Below are positions 53,934 to 64,000 of a stretch of 64,000 nucleotides of DNA, one piece after another. The stretch's first letter is position 1. Each line of letters opens with the position of its first letter. Below the pieces are notes generated by a model that was not told where the DNA came from, made no database searches, and saw nothing but the letters and a program-made list of their open reading frames with translations. A program made the position numbers and the translations under genes. The DNA comes from Octopus vulgaris (Eukaryota): positions 57,970,001 through 58,034,000 of the forward strand of contig OX597828.1 in assembly GCA_951406725.2 (NCBI GenBank), read 5' to 3'.

Positions 53934-54961
53934 TTTAAAAGATTTGTGACTATAGATCACATTTTGTATTAATGTTTTGTGATACCTATTGTTGTTGTCG
54001 TTTCCACTGCTGTTGTTCATAATCCCAATCGAGCAGAGTTAAAACATGGGACACAACTGGAAGAATAACTGTATATGCTGTTGTACGGATGGCTGCCAAG
54101 TTTTTAGTGTAAAAATTGTTGTCTTAAGATTTTAAGACAGAAACGTGTTCCTATTTTACAGACTGCATAGATTCTGTCAAGGGAGGATTGATTGCTGTGT
54201 CAGAAAATTGAAAAAACTACACGAAACCTCCCGTCTTGGCTCTTTAGCTCCATCACACTTTCTATTTATTGCAATTTTAAATGTGTTGGCTGAATTCTGT
54301 ATTGATATTATGTCAGTTTCGTAGTCCACTTTAGATCTCCACCTCATTCTTTCACAACAAAACAGCAGCCATGATTTCTGGTTTTCATTAGAAATGTTTC
54401 TCCTTTCAATTTAGTATTGGAGAAATAACCTAATGCAATAATATAACTAAAAGAAAATGGACATCAGCCAGCTTAAAATGTTTATGAAATAAATAAAAAA
54501 AATCGATAGATGCTTCAATAGTCCTCAAAATACATTTAACACTAATATTCTGTTTTTTCACTCGATGTCTCCTATCAAATACTCCGGCTTCCATTAATTT
54601 GTATTGAATGTATCTCCACACATCTCAAATATTATCACGTAATACTTTTTTGTGTGTGTGTGTTTTTAAGTCTTTTTGAAATACATTTTATATTCCTAAT
54701 ATTTAATAGCCTTAAATTTCTTTTCTTGGATAAAATTTGTGCGGATCATAAAGACAAAGAAAAGCAAATCGTATGGATGTGTGTATATGTGTGTGTGTAT
54801 AAACATATATGTATGAAAAGCATATATAGATATATACATATACATGTATGTATATATATGCATATATGTGTATATATATATATATGCACATGCATATATA
54901 TACATGTATGTACATATATATATATATATACATGTACATATATATTTCTGTGTGATTCATG

Positions 54962-55026
<65 letters not shown>

Positions 55027-55163
55027 GTGTATCCATTTACAAAATATATTTATGAAAACACACACATATATATACATGTATGTTTATATATATGTATTTA
55101 TATGCACATACATATATATGCATGTATGTATGTATATATACATATATATATGTGTGTACGTAT

Positions 55164-55204
<41 letters not shown>

Positions 55205-55210
55205 TGTATG

Positions 55211-55247
<37 letters not shown>

Positions 55248-56010
55248 TGCGTACGTTATTTGTGTGTGCGTGCGTACGTTGTATGTGTGTGTGTGTGTGT
55301 GATTACGTGAAACGATTTGTGACTATAGATCCTATATTCATTCATTTTCGGGGAAGCGAAAAACAATTTCTTCGCCATTGCTGCCATTTATTAAAAATAA
55401 CCGGAGAAAAAAACAAAAACAAAAGTTATACTAAGTAGTAGTTGTACCAAACATGAAGTATTGAAGAAAAGAGTAGAAGAGTGAATATTATTTCCCACAA
55501 GATAATAATTTATAAACTTTCAAATAAAGCAACTAGAAAACAAAACTCTGAGCTATTTTATTATTTGTTTCTAGTTCCTTTTGTTGTATTTTGTTACATG
55601 AAAAGAAATGTTTAAAAAATTAATAAAATGAAACACCGGCTATAAAAAAAAAAAGCAGTTTATAAGGATAGCTTTTGAAATCATTCTTTAAGCAGCTGTG
55701 TATATTCTCAAGGTAAAAATTGCCCATTGGAAGATTTTTAACGCAATTTTGTTGTCTCCTTTTAGAAACAATGTACTCTATTTAATATTTGTTGTGTGAT
55801 TTATTATTTGAAGTATTATTATTTTTAAAATTATTTATTATTAACATAGAAAGGGTCTGTTTTTCAAAAGTAATCTCCTGCTATTATCAGATTTCTTTGT
55901 TGAATTGTTTGCAATGAATTTTTTCACAGAAAATAATCTTTCACTATATTTTTTACTCTATAAAAAAAAAGTAAAAGACAGCTGTCGTTGATTTCAATCT
56001 CTCTCTCTCT

Positions 56011-56097
<87 letters not shown>

Positions 56098-56254
56098 GTG
56101 TAAGTTCTATACATTGAAGATACTGCTGTATTTTCATAAATATTTCAGATAACCATCAATAACAGACATTGCAAAATAAAGAAGTATTTTCAATGATAGC
56201 TTCTAGTAATAGTGAAAATGAAAGATAATTGCAAAACGAAGGGTATATACATAC

Positions 56255-56870
<616 letters not shown>

Positions 56871-57495
56871 TATGTAGAGACGGGTATGTTTTGTGGGTGT
56901 TCGTATGTGTCTAACTATATTGCCAAAACCATTTCCATGATTATTATAGTAATCATCTCTAAAAATAAATAATTTTCTCTCGTTGGGCCAGAATGATAAA
57001 GAGAATCCACTTTGTCAGAGGTTTTTACTTGTGGAAACGGTCGAGCGAAACGTTAAGAGGTGTCAAAAGTTCTAAATAGAAAGCTTAAAATAAGTAGAAA
57101 TGATATTGTTGGGCAATTTTGCAATGCAGAAGCAGCTGTTTTACACAAAAGGAGACTACAACTATCGTTAGTATAAAATTAAATCGATCTTTTTCAACAA
57201 AACAACCAGTATGTATAATTAATTTTGGTTTGGTAAAATATAACAAATAATTTTGAGAACTCAGCAATTCTACAATAACCAGTATAGATACTGCAGTTCG
57301 TTATGATTCTAGTGTATATTATTTACACTATTTACATTGTTTACATTATTTACATTCGACGGATATTTGTCCTCATCTTGTTTGTTGTATGTAAATGCAT
57401 ACGTACGTATGTATACATACGTACATACATACATAATACATACATACATAATACATACATACATACATACATACATACATACATACATACATACA

Positions 57496-57527
<32 letters not shown>

Positions 57528-57697
57528 CACTTAATAATTAGGGTTCAGCAAAGATTTTCCTTACCACATACCGAAGTTTAGAAATAGCAGCCAAAAAACG
57601 TTAGCTATTTCTTCTACTTTCAAAAGGGACTCCCAGAAAAACCAAAATACTTTAAAACAATCCACACAGGCAGAGAGGAAGAAGTAACGAAGATCAA

Positions 57698-57743
57698 GAC
57701 ACATGAAGAAGGCTGGAGGGTATATCAGCCGAAACGTTGTGTT
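57698..57743 (+). ncRNA. Hammerhead family 1, core mutated (AUGAAGA)
   Basis: GACAC-AUGAAGA-AGGCUG..CAGCC-GAAACGUU-GUGUU. Confidence 0.55.
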
Positions 57744-58854
57744 AACAACAAACAAGATGAGGACAAATATCCGTCGAATGTAAATAATGTAAATAATGTA
57801 CATCATTCCTCTTCTCTTAATTATAGAACTGTATGCGTCTAGTGTGTCAAGTTCTTAACCGATTTCAAGATATTTCACTCTGATTACTGGCATTGCTGAT
57901 ATCCAGTAGAAAGTTTTATAATCTTATTTACATTCCAAATAAATCTTTGCTTTCTGCTCTATCAATGTAACACCTTCATGTCAAATCCGCGAACACTGTC
58001 TACCGGCTAAAATAGTGTTTTACATCCTAAAACCATATGTAATCTCTATGACGTAAATTCTCTGTAAGTTCTGTCAGACAAGCAAGATGAGGGAGCTCTG
58101 TTGGATGATGGAAGGTCAATGAAGAGCAGCGAACAACACAACACGCAAATCAATAGAACGTACAGAGAAATTTCGGAAATGCTGACTCTACTCAAAACAA
58201 AGCGATGGCTGAAAAGTTAGGTATATCCCTGCCCAAAAGTCATGCACGTAAACAGACAACACAATAAAACGCAACGTGGGAAAATAGCTGCCATTAATTT
58301 CCTACTACAAGCGCGGAGCAGCTTTGTCATGGTAGTCAACTGGGGGCAATACAAAGATACATAGATAAAAAAATTGATTCATAGAGAAAGCTATATATAT
58401 ATATATATATATATAAATAAACAAAAAGGGTAGTAATATAGATTACTGCCAGTGGCCCAGCACAAAAGACGCATTAGTCATTAGACAAAATATCATTCAT
58501 ATAGAAAAATATTATTCATGTAGAAATACAATTAAAGGCTCCTAGATAAGGATGCCAAGACGAATTAGTCATTAGACAAAATATTATTCATATAGAAAAA
58601 TATTATTCATGAATAATATTTTGTCTAATGACTAATTCGTCTTTTGTGCTGGGCCACTGGTAGTAATCTATATTACTACCCTTTTTGTTTATATTCGCAT
58701 ATTACTTGATGGATTTATTCGTAAAATTTTTTCCCGGCATGCCCTATATCGCCGGCTATATTTTGCGTCTGCGCAGAGATTTGAAAAGTTAAGATCTGCT
58801 AGTTGTTGAGATCAGTACATGGTCTGACGCGTTGCGAATCTCGATTCAATTTAG

Positions 58855-58938
58855 GCGTCTCGCTGATGAAACCAGCCTTAGCAAACATATTCTGTGTTTT
58901 GCTAGAAAGAGGTAGAAACTGATATCAGTCCGAGATGT
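58855..58938 (+). ncRNA. Well-formed type I hammerhead with GUC cleavage site
   Basis: GCGUCUCG-CUGAUGA-A-ACC..UAGCAAA/UUUGCUA..GGU-A-GAAA-CUGAUAUCAG-UC-CGAGAUGU. Confidence 0.82.
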
Positions 58939-59032
58939 AAAGTTATCGGTAAATGTTTTTGATTTTCACTCTCGATAAATTTATCTCCTTTTTGTGTTCC
59001 CAGCACTTGGCATCCTTATCTAGGAGCCCTTA

Positions 59033-59085
<53 letters not shown>

Positions 59086-59229
59086 GAAATATTAAAATTA
59101 CTAAGTCTCTCTAAAGGAGATTACGGCAGCGTTACTAGAAATTAATAGTTATCGCCATACTAATATGGCAGTCTTATAAATATAAGACTAAAGCTTGAAA
59201 TCAGTAGCGACACCTGCAAGTCTGACTAC

Positions 59230-59273
59230 GCTGCATTGATAAGGGGCAACAACCCTGAAACGTCGTCTGTAGC
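59230..59273 (+). ncRNA. Degenerate hammerhead
   Basis: GCUGCA-UUGAUAA-GGGG..CCCU-GAAA-CGUCG-UC-UGUAGC; stems intact, two core transitions. Confidence 0.6.
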
Positions 59274-59748
59274 TGTCTGACTGGCAGGATGAAGCGGCTG
59301 ACCTCCCTTGTTCGAAGGTTTATAATGGACGCAGTTTGTGTGTCAAATAGCTAGCTTAAGGCGATGGCCTCATGAAGCTAATCAGCGACAGCTTTAGTCT
59401 TATATTTATAAGACTGCCATATTAGTATGGCGATAACTATTATATATATAAATATATATATATATATATGTAATATCGTCCGTTTTTCCGTCCTTGTTTT
59501 GTATACATTCGAAGCTTTCTTCCAAGGAATCTAATGCGCTTGGCTTAGATTTTCCTTTGGGGCTGGCCAGATTGGAGCAATCAAGATTAATCAGCCGTAA
59601 TTACGAGGATGATCCGGTTCTTGACTGAAGATTGAAGGCTTCGAATGTCCCGTCCGTGTTTTTCGTATCGTCTTCTAAATGTTTTGTGTTCTTGTCCCAG
59701 TTTGTATTTTTTTATACATATATATATAGCGACGTACGTACCCTCTCT

Positions 59749-59801
<53 letters not shown>

Positions 59802-60489
59802 TATTTACACACACACGCACACACGTACTATTTATTCAGAGAAACACTAAAGCAGGAAATGAATATAATTGAAATATGTATTGGAATGGCTTGTGGAATA
59901 TTAATATAATTCTATTTTTTAGCATCAAGTTGACTTGGAAAATTACTCTAATTGAAAAATAGTGTGTTTGGAACATGTACATGTATATAAAGCAATAACT
60001 AAACAATGCAAATTTCTAAAAGCACAAAAAATATGTGCCATAAAAATGACAAATCTGAGTTTGATAATTATACAAGAAAAACCTATAAATCTAAATTTTT
60101 GAAAATGTATTTGATTTGCTCTAAAATTAGAAGTAACACATATAAATATGCAAAATTTAGGTTAGTTAAAATATGTTTGTGTCTCAACTGTTAAAAGTCA
60201 AATTCACTGCAGTTACCGTATACAAAATATCTCTTTTATAGTAAAAAGTAATTTTCTCCACAGTAACTGCAATGAATTTGCATTTTAACTGTTGAAATCT
60301 GTTACAAACATATTTTGACGAAACTAAATTTTGTTTATGTCTAAACATATAATTATATTTTATATTTATGTATATAATTAAGTCTGCGAGCTGATAGAAT
60401 TGTTAGCATATTCGAAAAAATGCTTAGCGACACTTCTTTTATCGGTTTCTACTCAGAATTGCGGCTATGCTGGGGCACCGCCGTTCTGC

Positions 60490-61135
60490 TATACTGTTAT
60501 TATTGAGAGCTTCCTCTGATATGTGGCTTTTGGTGAATAAGGGAGTTTGATGTCACTGCTCTCATTTGCGCCCCCTGCCGTGATGTTACTTCATCTGGGA
60601 CTCTCGACAAGAAGGGATCCAGTTTTGTTTTGAAAACACCCACATCCACTTTGTGTAGGTCCCTCAGGCTCTTTCAGAGAATATTAAAATGATGTGGGCC
60701 CTTGAATCCCGAGCTGTTGCAGTAACTGGTCCTGAAACGTGACGGCAGTGCTGGGATCTTTGACACTGTGCAGTGGCGACCTGTTCTTGCATTTGTGTAG
60801 CTTTCAATGCCAAAATTTGGAACAATCTCAGATTTATATTACTGCATATCTCTCCCGCTTTCGCTCCAGGGAATAGCGTCTTTGTTGTTTCAGCCTTTAC
60901 CAGTAGCTGATCTGTTGCAATGAGATGATCTTCTTTGTGTAGCTTCGCCTGATTGATTCAAGGTCCGCTGTTAATTTTACACTGTGGGATGACCATAGCT
61001 GGGAGCAGTAATCCAGGCGACCGACTAAAGACGAATTCCTCCAGAGAACCATCATGATTTCCTTCTCTCTGATTCTGCAGGTTCTCAGAATCCATCCAGC
61101 CAGCCGTCTGCACTTTGTCGCCATCTTGATAATAT
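60490..61135 (-). mobile_element. CR1/L2-group LINE 3' RT remnant
   Basis: GWILRT...LDYCSQLWS...LESIRRSYTKKI...SYW.RL...YSLERKRERY. Confidence 0.8.
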
Positions 61136-61259
61136 AAGTGTGTGTGTTTTCAATGTGTACAAATAACACGGAAATTCCAGGCTTAAGTGAAATGTTTTTA
61201 TATAACATAGAGAAATTAAGAAATGGAATCAAACGCAGGTGTTATTCAAATCTTTATAC

Positions 61260-61342
61260 TTCCGACATATGTTTCGAAGAAAACATTGATATTATTCCGA
61301 ATGGAATAAAATGATGCAAAACAATGCAATCTCATCAGGGAA
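61260..61342 (-). ncRNA. Type I hammerhead with long stem II
   Basis: UUCC-CUGAUGA-GA..CAUUG..UAUUCCAUUCGGAAUA..CAAUG..UC-GAAA-CAUAUG-UC-GGAA. Confidence 0.75.
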
Positions 61343-61566
61343 AAAAAGAGAAACAAAACACATCAATAAGCCATTTTAACCGAATGTGATTACCACGAAT
61401 ATGATGAAGAGGAACTCTGACATGTTATTTTTAAAATAAGCCTAGTACTTATTCCATCGGTCTCATTTACCGAACCGCTAAGTTACGGAGACGTAAACAC
61501 ACCAGCATCGGTTGTCAAGCGATGTTTGGGGGGACAAACACAGACACACAAACATATACACACACG

Positions 61567-61625
<59 letters not shown>

Positions 61626-61788
61626 TACGACGGGCTTCTTTCAGTTTCCGTCAACCAAATCCACTGGCAAGGCTTTGGTCGGCTCGAGGCTATAGTAGAA
61701 GACACTTGCCCAAGGTGTCACGCAGTGGGAATGAACCCGGAACCGTGTGGTTGGTAAACAAGTTACTTACCACACAGCCACTCCTATG

Positions 61789-61869
<81 letters not shown>

Positions 61870-62827
61870 CATCTAAACGTCGTCAGCATAGCAATTATCC
61901 ATCCTAATCTGTTCAATGAGGGAGATTTCGATGCTATTTCTAGCGGTTCATATAAGTACCACCCAAGCACTGAAGACGTTGAAGTCTCCCACTGCTCTTT
62001 CTCGAAATGTGTGATAACATTCCCCATTTAGAAATCAATACTTAGAAACGTTAATCATACAAATACCTTCAGATAACTCCACACAAATGTTAAGTCGTAG
62101 GCGGAATCTTCAGAGATAGCAATTCAACGATAATTTAAACGTCCACCCGAATCGTCGAGTATTTATATTTCTCTTGTCTGACTTTAAGTGCTTTGTTTTC
62201 GTTTAGCTCGTTTCGTTGTTAAACTTTTATACTTTAAAGGATTGTTGTTTTCTTTTCTTATGCCTTTGGGCTTTTCTCCGGCTAAAACTAAAATTTCTAT
62301 TCATTAAATGTTATTCGCGTACGTCATTTAGTTCATACGCGACTGCTTTATCTCAACATATGCTTTTGGCGTATTTGAGTTATTTCCCTTACTACAATTT
62401 TGTTTATTTTCTATTTCTGTTCGTTTGCGTTTTCAAAAATATACAACTGCTTTGCCTTTCAAGTTTCAGTTAAATAACTTAAGAATTGTTGAACGAATCT
62501 GCACCAAATTTTCTGGTTCGCAAATGTTTTCGCGTGTTTGTTTATGTCATTGCCGTCTTGTTTACCGTTTCTTTGTTTTGCTTATCTAAGTTTAATTCTG
62601 CTGATGTTTAGATAAAATGCTAATAATAATTTCAGTTTTTGCGAGATAATTATGACTTCCATATATGAAGAAATATCAGTGTTTTATATATGTGAGTGTG
62701 TGTATATGTATGCATACTTACATACATACATAACGGAAAGTGTAATATATATTCTATGCATGTATATATATATATATATATATATACTTATATATATATA
62801 CTTATATAAACACATATGTATATAATT

Positions 62828-62861
<34 letters not shown>

Positions 62862-63411
62862 CATGCATATAAATTGAACACATATGTGTATATGTATAAG
62901 TGAATATATACATACATGCATATAATATATATTATATTTTCCGCTATATATGTACGTATAGTGATTAGAGCATCGGACTCACAATCATGAGATAGTGAGT
63001 TCGATTCCTGGACCGGGCTCTGTGCTGTGTTCAAGAGCAGGACACTTTATTTCACTCAGTTGTAGAAATGAGTAGCGACGTCACTGGTGCCAAGCTGAAT
63101 CGCCCTTTGCCTTTCCCTTGGGTAACATCGGTGGTGTAGAGAGGGGAGACTGGTATGCATGGGTGACCGCTGCTCTTCCATAAACAACCTTGCCCTGACT
63201 TGTGTTTCGGAGGGTAACATTCTAGGTGCAATCCGATGGTCATTGATGACCGAAGGGGGTCTTTCTTTCTTTCAAGTGTGTATGCGTGTATTCATCTCTA
63301 TGTGTGTTTGTGTGTGCATGAATGTATATTTCGTATTACATCCACATGTCTACATGTTTATGTATACACCCATGTATATGTAAATAAATATATACATATA
63401 TATAACGCATA

Positions 63412-63442
<31 letters not shown>

Positions 63443-63510
63443 TGCTTGTTTACACTTTTCGAGATCAGTGACTCAGATATATGTATTCACATCGAAGCCC
63501 GGTGGTTGTC

Positions 63511-63553
63511 GTGCGCTGATGACGGGTAAATACCCAGCAACCCGGGTCCGTGT
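63511..63553 (+). ncRNA. Hammerhead with GAAA->GCAA change
   Basis: GUGCG-CUGAUGA-C-GGGUA AA UACCC-A-GCAA-CCCGGG-UC-CGUGU. Confidence 0.62.
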
Positions 63554-63724
63554 GTGTCACGTCAGGTCGACGATGGGAAGGATGGCTTCCCTTTGCAAAT
63601 ACTGATAGGGCACAGAAAGTGTGTCAATAGCCAGCTGGAGAAGATGTTCTCCTGGGGTTACAAGCTACAGTAGCATCCACCCTTAGCGGTTAGCCACATT
63701 TAGATGGCAAATATACTTCACATA

Positions 63725-63768
<44 letters not shown>

Positions 63769-64000
63769 CTCCAGTGCCTAACTAGTACTTATTTAATCAA
63801 CCCCGAAAGAATGAAAGGCAAAGTCGACCTCGGCGGAATTTGAACTCGGAACGTAGCGGCAGACGAAATACCGCTAAGCATTTCGCCCGGCATGCTAGCG
63901 TTTCTGCCAGCTCGCCATCTGCTGCTGATGTTGATGATGATGATGATGATGATGATGATTATGATGATAATGATGATGATGATGATGATGATGATGAAGA

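Overview
AT-rich, microsatellite- and SINE-dense eukaryotic DNA. The repeat families look like those of an octopus or other cephalopod; this is an inference. The only host coding sequence I can support is six internal + strand exons of a large multi-exon cadherin (21678-53470, about 457 aa in frame). They follow an internally duplicated 4-exon/3-EC-repeat module with one GC-AG intron, a single DCE cysteine per module and an apparently Ca2+-free linker. The rest is intronic or intergenic repeat: decayed Penelope, R4/Dong, RTE and CR1/L2 retroelements, mariner and Merlin DNA transposons, and tRNA-derived SINEs. The most striking non-coding signal is about 20 type I hammerhead-ribozyme motifs from roughly 10 unrelated sequence families. 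They sit in fold-back or tandem elements, mostly within (TA)n tracts, and include a 4 x 161-nt retrozyme-like array, a 560-nt tandem/inverted element with an empty paralogous site in the window, and a tRNA-head + hammerhead composite. Most listed ORFs are microsatellite artefacts. All structures were read by eye; nothing was computed or searched.
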